Positions 28,989 to 38,859 of a stretch of DNA of 64,000 nucleotides are shown one piece after another. Under the pieces are notes generated by a model. It made no database searches. It was given only the letters and a program-made list of their open reading frames with translations, and was not told where the DNA came from. The translations under genes and the position numbers were made by a program. The stretch is from the NCBI GenBank assembly GCA_964635905.1, contig CAZWPK010000002.1, positions 13,621-77,620 on the forward strand. Direction: 5' to 3'. Position 1 is the first letter of the stretch, and the number at the start of each line of letters is the position of its first letter. Source of the stretch: an uncultured Pseudomonadales bacterium (lineage in GTDB: Bacteria; Patescibacteriota; Microgenomatia; UBA1400; UBA12028).

Positions 28989-29594
28989 TTATTGGAACCA
29001 TCGAGCTCTACCTAACGTATAGCCCAGTTGGCTTTCTTGCCTATTTCCGATTGGTTTGGCAGGAACTCCCGCAACGATACTCAAGCTCTCCACATCCTTG
29101 GTCACTACAGCTCCTGCTGCAATGACTGCGCCACGTCCAATGTGAACACCTGGCAGAATAATTGCCCGGGGTCCAATGAAGACATAATCGTCAATTCTCA
29201 CCTGTTCCTCACGGGCAAGCCATTGGGAAGAGCGTAAATCATGTTCACTAGTCCAGATCATCACTTCGGAAGCAATGTCGACATGATCACCGATGATGAT
29301 CCCTCCATTGGAATTTACGATCTGTTTTCGGCCATCTAAACTGACTCTCTCTCCGACGATGGTATCGTTTCCAATCACAATGTGTCTTGGGTCATACATT
29401 CTGCCCATCATATGAATGGTGGAACCAGAGCCAATCGTCATACCGAAGAGTCGATAAAAAAATCGGCGAATGAAGTGTGAGGGGATAAATCCTACACACC
29501 ACCATAAAAAGCCAGTAATAAATTCAAGATAGATCGTCGCAATTCTATTTCCAATTTTTTCTGGCAAGGATCGTCTCCCAGTATTAGAATTCAT
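28989..29594 (-). CDS. Membrane-anchored hexapeptide-repeat acyl/acetyltransferase (LbH)
   Basis: N-terminal TM (IYLEFITGFLWWCVGFIP) then left-handed beta-helix repeats (IVIGNDTIVGERVSL, IIIGDHVDIASEVMI, IGPRAIILPGVHIGRGAVIAAGAVV). Confidence 0.7.
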   Translation of the reverse strand: MNSNTGRRSLPEKIGNRIATIYLEFITGFLWWCVGFIPSHFIRRFFYRLFGMTIGSGSTIHMMGRMYDPRHIVIGNDTIVGERVSLDGRKQIVNSNGGIIIGDHVDIASEVMIWTSEHDLRSSQWLAREEQVRIDDYVFIGPRAIILPGVHIGRGAVIAAGAVVTKDVESLSIVAGVPAKPIGNRQESQLGYTLGRARWFQ

Positions 29595-29636
29595 AGCAAT
29601 TCCTTTAGATGAAAAGCTCTAAAAAGGCAATAACTA

Positions 29637-30857
29637 ATGGTACCATATCTTGACATGAAAGTTTTTCGATTACCCAAATCATCTGCGCGTACCGACTTTT
29701 TATTAATCCTAGGACTTTTTTGCGTGTGGAGAGCCGCCTTATTTTTGCTTGCAGCAGTTGCGGATCGAATTCTTGTCTATCAACCGTCCTTTCCCTATGC
29801 CTTCACACTCCTGCCCCAACTTCAAGTTTCAAAAATCATTTATAGCTTTGCAAATTTTGATGGTGTCCACTATTTAACGATTGCCAGAGAAGGATACTTT
29901 AGAGTCAACTTTATCCAAGCATTCTTCCCTGTGTTCCCCTATCTGATGCGCATACCCAGCCTGTTAGCGCCCAGTATTTTTAACCCATTGCTCCTAGGGT
30001 TGTGGATCTCAAATCTCTCGTTAGTAGGCATACTGGTACTGCTGTTTAACTGGATAACGTCAGTCTTTGGCCGTGCGATTGCCTTTCGTACCGTCCTTGC
30101 CGTACTCCTGTTTCCGTCGACCGTTTTCTTTGCAAGTTTGTATACCGAGTCCTTATTTTTACTTCTTGTTGTTGGGTCCTTTTTTGCAGCCTCCAAAAAT
30201 CGCTGGGGTATCGCAAGTTTCCTTTCGTTGGTTGCAGGTGCCACCCGTATCGTGGGGATCTTTTTAGTTCCCGCCTTAATCGTTGAGTTGTGGGTACACC
30301 GCGGTTATGAAAGACTTTCAATTCAGACGCTTAAAACGTTTATTACAATCGAGTGGAAAACGCTGCTTCTGATCGTTCTTTCCTGTGCGGGATTATTCGC
30401 CTACATGGGATTTTTGCATCACTATTTTCGTGACGGATTCTATTTTCTTCATGTTCAGTCTGATTTTGGTGCAGGACGATCTGAACAACTCATCCTCTAT
30501 CCACAGGTAGTGTATCGATCGCTCAAAATCCTGCTCACTTCCCCGCTGGATCTAAAGTATCTCGCCTATATCCAAGACTTCGTAGCCGGAACTCTGGGAC
30601 TTATTGCCCTCTTTCTGGTACGCTGTAAGATCTCGCTTGGATTATTCCTCTTTTCTCTTGGCTGTTTTTTCCTGCCGACCCTCTCGGGCACCTTTTCAAG
30701 CATGGTTCGGTATCTGCTCGTGTGTCCACCTATCTTTCTTGCAGTTGCACTAGGATTTAAAAATTTAATGCAATTTGAGATTCCGGCGTGGTTACTCCTA
30801 GGAGTGATCGCACTAGTAAATGCCGTTCTCTTTCTACAAGGGTATTGGGTGGCCTAA
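29637..30857 (+). CDS. Polytopic membrane protein, putative GT-C mannosyltransferase (PIG-V/GT76-like)
   Basis: About 10 TM helices; motif FANFDGVHYLTIAREGYFRVNFIQAFFPVFPYLMR resembles the PIG-V family luminal loop. Family call is tentative. Confidence 0.45.
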   Translation: MVPYLDMKVFRLPKSSARTDFLLILGLFCVWRAALFLLAAVADRILVYQPSFPYAFTLLPQLQVSKIIYSFANFDGVHYLTIAREGYFRVNFIQAFFPVFPYLMRIPSLLAPSIFNPLLLGLWISNLSLVGILVLLFNWITSVFGRAIAFRTVLAVLLFPSTVFFASLYTESLFLLLVVGSFFAASKNRWGIASFLSLVAGATRIVGIFLVPALIVELWVHRGYERLSIQTLKTFITIEWKTLLLIVLSCAGLFAYMGFLHHYFRDGFYFLHVQSDFGAGRSEQLILYPQVVYRSLKILLTSPLDLKYLAYIQDFVAGTLGLIALFLVRCKISLGLFLFSLGCFFLPTLSGTFSSMVRYLLVCPPIFLAVALGFKNLMQFEIPAWLLLGVIALVNAVLFLQGYWVA

Positions 30858-30862
30858 GGGCG

Positions 30863-31225
30863 TTAGTTCACGAGCTGTTTACACACGCGGTACAACAATT
30901 CATTCGTATCAAAGGGCTTTGCAATGAAGTCATTCGCCCCACATTCCAGCGCGGATCGTTCTGCAGAAGGATGCGCAGAAATCATGATGACAGGAATATT
31001 TTTTGTCTGATCGGAGGCTTTCAGGGTTTTGCACAACTTTCGCCCATCCCAACCCGATATTAATACATCAAGCAAAATTAAATCCGGTTGGAATCGATCG
31101 ACGATTGTCAGGGTTTGCGATCCTTTACAGGTAGCTTCCACTGTAAACTCCGCATCCCTTAAGATCAGCGACAGTGCGTCCACGATACTCTCGTCATCAT
31201 CAACAATTAATATCTTCTTTGTCAT
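30863..31225 (-). CDS. Stand-alone response regulator receiver domain (CheY-like)
   Basis: KILIVDDDESIVDALSLIL...DLILLDVLISGWDGRKLCKTLK; 120 aa, no output domain. Confidence 0.8.
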   Translation of the reverse strand: MTKKILIVDDDESIVDALSLILRDAEFTVEATCKGSQTLTIVDRFQPDLILLDVLISGWDGRKLCKTLKASDQTKNIPVIMISAHPSAERSALECGANDFIAKPFDTNELLYRVCKQLVN

Positions 31226-31248
31226 ACAAACGGGGGAAAGATTTCTAC

Positions 31249-32742
31249 TTATGCTTTTAAGGGTAGATTGAAATAAAAAGTGGATCCTTTGCCTCGTTCA
31301 CTTTCGACCCAAATAGAGCCTCGATGTCGCCGTACAATTTCTTTGGAGATATACAAACCCATTCCGAAACCAGGGAATGTCTTTTCCGTGTCATCCATCA
31401 CTTGGTACAGTCGTTCAAATATTTTCTTTTGTTGATCCTTCTCAATCCCAATACCAAAATCTTTGACACTTACGACGGCTTTGCCACCAACGCGTTGTAA
31501 CCGGACTTGGATCTCTCTTGATTCTCCCGAATATTTAAGTGCGTTTGTTATCAAATTGGTGAGAACTTGATAAATGCGAAATTTGTCCCCATCAATCATG
31601 AGTTTTTCTTTCCCCTTATACTGAATCTCTTGCCTAGTGGTCCCTTGCAACTGTTCAATGGTTTCCAGGAGAAGCGCGTCTAGATCAAAGGGCTCTTTTG
31701 TAAACTGAAGCTTTCCGGTTTGTAAGCGGGAAACATCCAATAAATCGGCAACGAGTTTTTGCAGACGCTCCGTTTGGTATTTAATACTTGAAAGAGTTTT
31801 GAGTAAACGCTCATCCTTACTATCTTTCATCCGGATCTGTAAAGAATCGATATAGAGTTTGAGACTGGTAATCGGGGTTTTTAACTCATGTGAGGCCATG
31901 TTAACGAAATCATCCTTTCGAACTTCGAGTTCTTTTTGTGGTGTAATATCGCTGAAAAGACACGCCGCCGCAAAGATTTTTCCTTTTCGGTTATGAATTG
32001 GTGCTGCGCTAGCCTTAACGTAGACTTTACGTCCATCATTACGCTCAATCATAAATTCCTCATCAATGACGGCCTTTCCTGAAGATAGGACCCTGTACAG
32101 TTGCGAGTGCTGACTTGAGATTGGTCGTCCATTGAATTCACCACGTACCAAAGGAGTCATTCCGGCCACACTCCCCAAGGGAACAGGAATTCCTAGAATG
32201 CGTTCGACTTGCTTATTTACATTGGTATAGTTCCCATTAGCATCACAAATGATTATTCCTACTGGAAGTTGTTCCACGATTGCTTCTAATCGTTTTTTTG
32301 CATTTGCCTCCTGCTCAATGAGGGTGTCGATGGTTTGTTTAAGCCAACCAATGGTTCCTGCTAAGAAGAAATACAGTACACCTAATAACGCACTCGTCTC
32401 GATACTGGAAACAAGTCGATCCCCTTCATACTGACGCGAATAAATGATGTACCCGTAGTACGCCATGGTGAGGAGGGAAACGATAATTCCCCCACTGACC
32501 CCATCGCGAAATGCAAAATAGATGATGTAGATCACAAAAACAAAGATTGCTGCAAAACCAACCGACTCTGGATTCTGTAACACCAGATTGGCAATCAATT
32601 CAATGAGAATCATCGTAAACAATGTCGCAACGAATGGAAAGCGAAAAGAGTAGTGACGTGTCCCTAGTCGTGAAATCGGATTGAAGTATTCAAGCAGGCG
32701 TTTTCTCATACAAAAGAGATAGTTGTAGAAGGATTCTAACAC
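31249..32742 (-). CDS. Sensor histidine kinase (TM + PAS + HisKA + HATPase_c)
   Basis: N-terminal TM helices; H-box NMASHELKTPITSLKLYIDSL; N/G boxes ITNALKYS, DFGIGIEKDQQKKIFERLYQ, GFGMGLYISKEIV. Confidence 0.8.
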   Translation of the reverse strand: MLESFYNYLFCMRKRLLEYFNPISRLGTRHYSFRFPFVATLFTMILIELIANLVLQNPESVGFAAIFVFVIYIIYFAFRDGVSGGIIVSLLTMAYYGYIIYSRQYEGDRLVSSIETSALLGVLYFFLAGTIGWLKQTIDTLIEQEANAKKRLEAIVEQLPVGIIICDANGNYTNVNKQVERILGIPVPLGSVAGMTPLVRGEFNGRPISSQHSQLYRVLSSGKAVIDEEFMIERNDGRKVYVKASAAPIHNRKGKIFAAACLFSDITPQKELEVRKDDFVNMASHELKTPITSLKLYIDSLQIRMKDSKDERLLKTLSSIKYQTERLQKLVADLLDVSRLQTGKLQFTKEPFDLDALLLETIEQLQGTTRQEIQYKGKEKLMIDGDKFRIYQVLTNLITNALKYSGESREIQVRLQRVGGKAVVSVKDFGIGIEKDQQKKIFERLYQVMDDTEKTFPGFGMGLYISKEIVRRHRGSIWVESERGKGSTFYFNLPLKA

Positions 32743-32789
32743 CTACAATGGAATTAATCTTCCTCGACACTGTAAGAATTTTCTTACAT

Positions 32790-33791
32790 TTATTTCTCTT
32801 TTATTTCGACATGGAGATGCTGATAGGCTTTAGCGGTAATCACGCGTCCACGTGGTGTCCGTTGTAAAAATCCAATTTGCATAAGGTAGGGTTCATACAC
32901 CTCTTCAATGGTGCCCACATCTTCAGAAAGTGTTGCGGCGATCGTTTCAATTCCTAATGGTCCTCCCCCATGTTTTTCGATAATCAGAGTTAAGAAGCGA
33001 CGGTCACTGTCATCCAAACCCAAATGATCGACAGCTAAGAGATCTAATGCTTCTTGAACGGACTGTGCGTCCACGGTTCCATTTGACTTGATCTGAGCAT
33101 AATCGCGAACGCGCTTTAACAGTTTTAAGGCAATACGTGGAGTTCCTCGTGCTCGTCGGGCAATTTCTTTCGATGCTGTCGGTGGTAACTCAAAGGATAG
33201 TTTCTTGGCAGCCGTTAAAATAATTTGTGACAGTCGTTCCTCTTCGTAATACGAGACACGATGGACCAAACCAAAGCGATCACGGAATGGACCGGATAAC
33301 ATTCCAAAGCGTGTCGTTGCACCTACTAAGGTAAAACGCGGCAAGTCCAGACGCAGTGTTCGGGCTGCTGGCCCTTTTCCAATGACGACATCAAAGACAA
33401 AATCTTCCATGGATGGATATAACGCTTCTTCCACATGTTTATTTAGTCGATGTATTTCATCGATAAACAGCACATCTTTAGGCGAGAGATTGGTAAGAAT
33501 CGCAGCCAAATCTCCTACTTTGGTAATTGCTGTCGCAGAGGTAAAGCGAATGGCACTTCCCATCTCCTTGGCAATTAAATGAGCCAGAGTGGTTTTCCCA
33601 AGTCCTGGAGGTCCATACAACAACACATGATCCATTGCTTCATCACGCTCTTTGGCCGCTTGGATGGCAATAAATAGCGACTCTTTGACATTTTCTTGAC
33701 CGACAAATTCATTCCAGTGTGCAGCACGCAAATTGGTAAACAATTGCTCTTCTTCCGTTGACGTGGACAATAATGGGTTGTTGGTCGCCAT
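32790..33791 (-). CDS. ruvB: Holliday junction branch migration ATPase RuvB
   Basis: FVGQENVKESLFIAIQAAKERDEAMDHVLLYGPPGLGKTTLAHLIAKEMG. Confidence 0.9.
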   Translation of the reverse strand: MATNNPLLSTSTEEEQLFTNLRAAHWNEFVGQENVKESLFIAIQAAKERDEAMDHVLLYGPPGLGKTTLAHLIAKEMGSAIRFTSATAITKVGDLAAILTNLSPKDVLFIDEIHRLNKHVEEALYPSMEDFVFDVVIGKGPAARTLRLDLPRFTLVGATTRFGMLSGPFRDRFGLVHRVSYYEEERLSQIILTAAKKLSFELPPTASKEIARRARGTPRIALKLLKRVRDYAQIKSNGTVDAQSVQEALDLLAVDHLGLDDSDRRFLTLIIEKHGGGPLGIETIAATLSEDVGTIEEVYEPYLMQIGFLQRTPRGRVITAKAYQHLHVEIKEK

Positions 33792-33794
33792 AGC

Positions 33795-34364
33795 TTAGGG
33801 TGCAGTGAGGGTACGGATTGCCAGTTTGACAGCTTCTTCCAATTTGAGTTCACTAACAGGGATGGACTTTAGTACTTTATAACTTTCCGTTTCAGAGAAA
33901 CCAAGTGCAATGAGCGCTTGAGCGACATCTTTGGCTGGACCCGATGGTTCCGTCAAGTCCAACTCTTCTTCACCTCCAAATTTATTGGCAAGCTCAATGA
34001 TGATTTTTTGGGCACTTTTCTTCCCTACCCGGGTGATTGAGGAAAAGAACGACACATCGGCGGTTTTAACTGCTGCGATCACCGCTGATACTCCACGATC
34101 CATAATGGAGAGAGCCGTTTTTGGTCCAATCCCATCGACGTTAATCAGTTTTTTAAATAGTTCCTTCTCTGCTTCGGTGAGAAACGCATAGAGATCAAAA
34201 CTATCTTCTTTAATTTGCGGATAGACAAAAACAGAAGCGCTAGAAAGCATGGACAAGCGTTCCCGTGTCGATGTGGTGATTAAAATGCTGTACCCCACTC
34301 CGCCGACAATCATGAGCGTGGAATACGGCGTAATCATGGGTGTTCCCGAAAGATATCCGATCAT
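33795..34364 (-). CDS. ruvA: Holliday junction DNA helicase RuvA
   Basis: MIGYLSGTP N-terminus, HhH region DGIGPKTALSIM; position between ruvC and ruvB. Confidence 0.8.
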   Translation of the reverse strand: MIGYLSGTPMITPYSTLMIVGGVGYSILITTSTRERLSMLSSASVFVYPQIKEDSFDLYAFLTEAEKELFKKLINVDGIGPKTALSIMDRGVSAVIAAVKTADVSFFSSITRVGKKSAQKIIIELANKFGGEEELDLTEPSGPAKDVAQALIALGFSETESYKVLKSIPVSELKLEEAVKLAIRTLTAP

Positions 34365-34445
34365 GTGGATTCCACTATAGCGCAGATTTAGGTTCGGTAA
34401 AAGAGTGGGTTTATGGTCTGAAATAACGACGGTAACACAAAAAGT

Positions 34446-34916
34446 CTATCGGTGTAAAACGGCGTAGGAGAATGCGATTGCCAAGGCATCGACCGTATCA
34501 TCCAACACAGTCAACGGAATACCGGGCAACTGAAGACGTAGCATTTTCTCTACCGCCTTTTTATCACTCTGCCCATTCCCCGCCACCACCGACTTGATTG
34601 TCGACGGCGACAATTCTTCAATGGGGCAGTTTGCCAGGGTTGCACTTAACAAAATAATTCCTCGAGCTTGAGCAACAAGTAACGCAGTTTTTTCATTCTT
34701 GCTAAAGAACAGCGTCTCAATTGCCATAGCACTGGAATGATAGGTCGAAAACAACGATTGAAGTTGCGTAAACAGAAGTGTTAGACGCTCTGCATGCGGT
34801 ATCGTTTTTGGCGTCTGAATAATTCCACAGGCATGATAGGCACAGCCTGTAGACGAAACATTTAAAACCCCCCACCCTAGCCGCTCATACCCCGGATCAA
34901 TACCAAGGATCATCAT
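34446..34916 (-). CDS. ruvC: Crossover junction endodeoxyribonuclease RuvC
   Basis: MMILGIDPGYERLGWGVL matches the RuvC N-terminus. Start set at the MM codon (34916), which abuts the stop of the upstream GT4 gene (34913); the ORF track extends to 34997. Confidence 0.75.
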   Translation of the reverse strand: MMILGIDPGYERLGWGVLNVSSTGCAYHACGIIQTPKTIPHAERLTLLFTQLQSLFSTYHSSAMAIETLFFSKNEKTALLVAQARGIILLSATLANCPIEELSPSTIKSVVAGNGQSDKKAVEKMLRLQLPGIPLTVLDDTVDALAIAFSYAVLHR

Positions 34917-36112
34917 AGACTTGGTTTTGCAAATTTCATGCGTAACGCTTCTAAGATGTGTTTGCCACTTTCCTCCCAGCAAAACTGTTTTGACCATTCG
35001 AACATTTCTGCTCTCCGCATCGCTGTCGGAGGATTCTCGACTGCGGTTGCAAATCCGTCCGCAATCTTATCGACCGAGTAGGGATCAACAAGAATTCCAA
35101 ATCCGCCGACAACTTCAGGAAGACTTGCGGTATTGGAGACCACGGGAACGACACCAGCAGCCATACTCTCAATGGCTGGAATGCCAAATCCTTCGTAGTA
35201 GCCGACGAGGAAGGTGCATGCACAGGAGCGAAGCAGGAGTTGTTTCTCTCGATCATCCACAAATCCTGTCAGGACGATATTGTCTTTTTGTGGACTGGTT
35301 TTCACCACCTGCTCAAACTCTCCCGATAACCACCCGATTTTTCCAATCAGCACCAATTTATACGCATTCTCATGCCGAGGATTAAATAATTCAAAGGCTT
35401 TAATGGCGTGAATAATATTCTTGCGCGGTTGAATAGTTCCCACCGAGAGAATATATTTTCCTTTTGAAATCCCATATTTTTGGCGCAGTGTGTCCATCTC
35501 TTGCCCAAATGGGTCAAGGAGCTGCGTTTCTTCTTTGCTCTCCTGATCAACACCGGGATAGGCAATCGTAATGTCAGCCTCCAAACGCTTGTAATAGTCG
35601 ACAATATCGGCTTTACTGCTTTTTGAAATCGTGAAGATATGTTTTGCCTGCCGGACACTGTACTTTGTCCACTCTTTTAGCTGATAGAGATCCTTCTTTA
35701 AAAAGAATTGTGGAAACTTTAAAAAGGCTAAATCCAGGATACAGATTGCAGTCGGAAATGGAGAAAAACGGGGAGAATAGTGACCAAGCGACAAGAAGAC
35801 ATCATGCTTGGCTCCACCAAAATAGAGTTCCAGTGGTAAACGCCATTGCGTCCACATTTTAGAGGGTGGAATCACTTTATACACAAAACCAGGTCTCTCC
35901 TTGGGAAGATCCACTAACGGGGGCGATGGTAGATAGACAGTCCAGACAACTTTGACACCACCGAGTTGCGGAAGCAGCGCACCCGTTGACTCTGGTTCTC
36001 GAGTCAACCGTTCCATTTGACAGAGGATTTCGAAGGCGTATTTATTGCTTCCAACACGTTTGGCCACATTCGCTTCGTACGCGTTCACACCGATTGAAAG
36101 TGTTTGTTCCAT
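34913..36112 (-). CDS. Glycosyltransferase family 4 (GT-B)
   Basis: VGYYEGFGIPAIESMAAGVVPVVSNTASLPEVVG. Confidence 0.8.
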   Translation of the reverse strand: MEQTLSIGVNAYEANVAKRVGSNKYAFEILCQMERLTREPESTGALLPQLGGVKVVWTVYLPSPPLVDLPKERPGFVYKVIPPSKMWTQWRLPLELYFGGAKHDVFLSLGHYSPRFSPFPTAICILDLAFLKFPQFFLKKDLYQLKEWTKYSVRQAKHIFTISKSSKADIVDYYKRLEADITIAYPGVDQESKEETQLLDPFGQEMDTLRQKYGISKGKYILSVGTIQPRKNIIHAIKAFELFNPRHENAYKLVLIGKIGWLSGEFEQVVKTSPQKDNIVLTGFVDDREKQLLLRSCACTFLVGYYEGFGIPAIESMAAGVVPVVSNTASLPEVVGGFGILVDPYSVDKIADGFATAVENPPTAMRRAEMFEWSKQFCWEESGKHILEALRMKFAKPSL

Positions 36113-36175
36113 TGTAGTAACTATACTGCTCTTGAGATAAAACTGAAAGATCAGAATCTGCAGCGCTACGTAGCA

Positions 36176-37309
36176 TTACGATCGTTCAAATTTTGCTTTG
36201 CGGTAGACGTCCATGGTCAGTTGCGCACTTTTTTCCCAAGAAAAGGAACGCACCACCTCACGCATTTTCTTTTGCATTTTGGGTAACTTCCCTTTGGCTA
36301 ACGCTTCTTCAATACCGGACTGGATTGATTCGACTTCGGAGGGTGTCACTAAAAACGCAGCATCCCCTGATGTCTCAATCATTGCCGAGGTATTACTGGT
36401 CACGACCGGACAACCATAGTTAAAGGCTTCTAAAATCGGTAGACCGAACCCTTCATATAAAGAGGGAAACAACAGTAGTTGGGCATTCTGATAGAGACTT
36501 GCCAGGTCAATCATCCCTACCCCGCCAAGCACTTTGAGTCCTTGCTTGGGTTTAAGATCCGAGGTTCCTGCGGAACCCACGATCACAAAGTCGTAATCTC
36601 GGGCGTAGCGTTCCCAAGCCTGAATGGCTTTTGCCAGATTCTTGCGCGGTTCGTTGACTCCTACCCAGAGGAAGAATGGCTTAACAAGACCAAATTTTTT
36701 CTTGAGTTCGGACAGTGGTAATAACTGATTTTGCGAAAAAACGATCTCTGCCGGAACAGCTTCAGGGACCACATGGACATGATCCTGCGGAAATGAAAAT
36801 AACTCTAGAAGATCCCGTTTTGTCTGTTGACTCACCGCAATAACATGCGCATTAGTCTTGAGTAATCGCTGCAATGCTAAGGTGTGCTTTTCTTTGGTTT
36901 TAGGATGAGCAATTTCTTCAAACTTAAATAAGGCGAGATCATGAATTGTTGCCACGACTGGAGTCTTATAGGTCGGTGGAATTAACTCTTCCCAAGCATG
37001 AAAGACATCGACTTTGGGCATGAGGCTCTCAATATGAAGTCTCCCTGCCCCATACCACATGGTCTTTAAAAATGAGGGAGGAAAGGACAAGATCGTCGGC
37101 TTATTCGTTGAATCGATACTTTCAGACAAGTCTCTAGCGAGCGTGTGAATTTGTCGATTGGCTCGGAACGAAGAACCAAACAAACGGAAATTGGGTTTGT
37201 CTGGCAACGCAGCTAAGGCGTGCACAATATTACTTGTGTAACGTGAAACACCACGGTTATAGAGAATCGGAGTAATATCAATTCCCAGCGTGAGCGGTGT
37301 TTGTACCAT
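36176..37309 (-). CDS. Glycosyltransferase family 4 (GT-B)
   Basis: SLYEGFGLPILEAFNYGCPVVTSNTSAMIETSGDAA. Confidence 0.8.
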   Translation of the reverse strand: MVQTPLTLGIDITPILYNRGVSRYTSNIVHALAALPDKPNFRLFGSSFRANRQIHTLARDLSESIDSTNKPTILSFPPSFLKTMWYGAGRLHIESLMPKVDVFHAWEELIPPTYKTPVVATIHDLALFKFEEIAHPKTKEKHTLALQRLLKTNAHVIAVSQQTKRDLLELFSFPQDHVHVVPEAVPAEIVFSQNQLLPLSELKKKFGLVKPFFLWVGVNEPRKNLAKAIQAWERYARDYDFVIVGSAGTSDLKPKQGLKVLGGVGMIDLASLYQNAQLLLFPSLYEGFGLPILEAFNYGCPVVTSNTSAMIETSGDAAFLVTPSEVESIQSGIEEALAKGKLPKMQKKMREVVRSFSWEKSAQLTMDVYRKAKFERS

Positions 37310-37343
37310 AGTTCCCCCATTCTAAAAGTTTATGAGTCATTCC

Positions 37344-38849
37344 TCAATCCGCAGTTGTAAACCGTCGCACAAATCCGATCGTCCCAGCATCAAGCGGCGA
37401 CAACTGCAGCATGCCTTGTGACTCAAGTTGTGCAATGACTAATCGCTGTGGATCCGTAATGTCCTGCAGATAATCAAACAGATACACCTTATGATTGTCT
37501 GAAGCCTTCTGTACCAACTGCTTGGCTTCTTGCCCGTCTGTCACTTGAATTGAATCAAGATGTGCAATTGGAAGAAGGGAAGAAGCATACCATTTCCACG
37601 GCGCAAACGGGGCATCAAAAGTAAATAGAACGATGCAGCTTGAGGAATTACAGTCCTCGTAAATGCGTTGTATGACTTCTTTCCAAGGTTCTCGTTGAAA
37701 TGATGGAGTCCGATAATAGGCAACCGTGGAAGCGATATTCGTTAGCACCAACGCTGCTAAGATGCTCACTGCGAGTTTTTTCGAGTGACTACACAGCTGT
37801 TCGATCCCGATTGCCAATACGATAAAAAATGCCGGTAAACAGAGTAGCACACGTTTTGGTTGGATGATCGGAATCACAAATGACACAAGGTAGGCACCAA
37901 GGATCGGAACAACCAGCCAGAATAGTGCTACCCTGGCTTTTGGATTCCGCAACGAAGATAGCACGCCAACCGCAGTTCCAGCGAGTAGTAGCCAGACTAA
38001 TGGCGCCAGCACACCTAACTGCCGATACTCTACGGGACCAATCAAAAACTTGATGGCGACTAACGGCAACGCTTTAAGTTGAGGTGTGGCAACAATTTGT
38101 GACCACCCAGTAACTTGCGTAGCCCAGCCAGTACCCACGGAAAGTTGGTGGAGAAACGAGGGAACCCAGGGGAGAAAAGCAAGGGCGACACAGATATCCA
38201 CTAGTACGATCTTTTTAAGCACCCGTCGATGAAAAAAACCTACAAATAGCAGCTGCGCTAACAGTAGAAAGGGATACAGATACAGGGAATACATTCCCAA
38301 GATCGAGACGATCGCTACTCTACTACCCTGTCGTAGTTTCGGTGTCGCCACAAAGTCTAACAACGCAATCCAACTGATCACCGAAAACATCGTTGCTAGC
38401 GCATAGGGACGCAACTCTTGGGAGTAGAAAATGTGAAACGACGAGGTGGCTAAGAGGAATGCAGCGATGAACGCAACACGTTTGGAACTAGTTTTTAGAC
38501 ACAACTGATAGGTTGCCCAGATAGTTATGATTCCTGCGGTAAGAGAACTTAAGCGTAACCACCACTCTGCATGCGCAATCAGTGTCAGCCCATGCACGAT
38601 GTAATGAAACAAAGGCGGATGAAAATCCCAAGCTATTTGATGCTGTTGGCTGAATGGACGCACGCTCTCTAACGCCTGCGCAGCTTCATCTAACCAAAAC
38701 GAACCTGAAAGTAACGGTAGTCGTAAAAGTACCGCTACGACCAACAACCCTGGAAGTACCAGTGTAGAGGACTGGAGGAATCGGAGGACTGGATTCAAAT
38801 GTTGGATGGTCATTGTGAAATTGTAAATTGAAAATGCTCCTGATATCAT
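37344..38849 (-). CDS. GT-C fold membrane glycosyltransferase (ArnT/PMT-like)
   Basis: Polytopic (more than 10 TM); first-loop motif SGSFWLDEAAQALES (DE-type acidic motif of ArnT/GT39/GT83). True start may be the internal MTIQHL (38813), since divergent UXS begins at 38860. Confidence 0.65.
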   Translation of the reverse strand: MISGAFSIYNFTMTIQHLNPVLRFLQSSTLVLPGLLVVAVLLRLPLLSGSFWLDEAAQALESVRPFSQQHQIAWDFHPPLFHYIVHGLTLIAHAEWWLRLSSLTAGIITIWATYQLCLKTSSKRVAFIAAFLLATSSFHIFYSQELRPYALATMFSVISWIALLDFVATPKLRQGSRVAIVSILGMYSLYLYPFLLLAQLLFVGFFHRRVLKKIVLVDICVALAFLPWVPSFLHQLSVGTGWATQVTGWSQIVATPQLKALPLVAIKFLIGPVEYRQLGVLAPLVWLLLAGTAVGVLSSLRNPKARVALFWLVVPILGAYLVSFVIPIIQPKRVLLCLPAFFIVLAIGIEQLCSHSKKLAVSILAALVLTNIASTVAYYRTPSFQREPWKEVIQRIYEDCNSSSCIVLFTFDAPFAPWKWYASSLLPIAHLDSIQVTDGQEAKQLVQKASDNHKVYLFDYLQDITDPQRLVIAQLESQGMLQLSPLDAGTIGFVRRFTTAD

Positions 38850-38859
38850 CAGGCTTGCT

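Noticed and set aside
30046-30321. Minus-strand 91-aa and 101-aa ORFs within the 406-aa membrane protein gene.
   Set aside because: Shadow ORFs; the plus-strand product has a coherent multi-TM profile.
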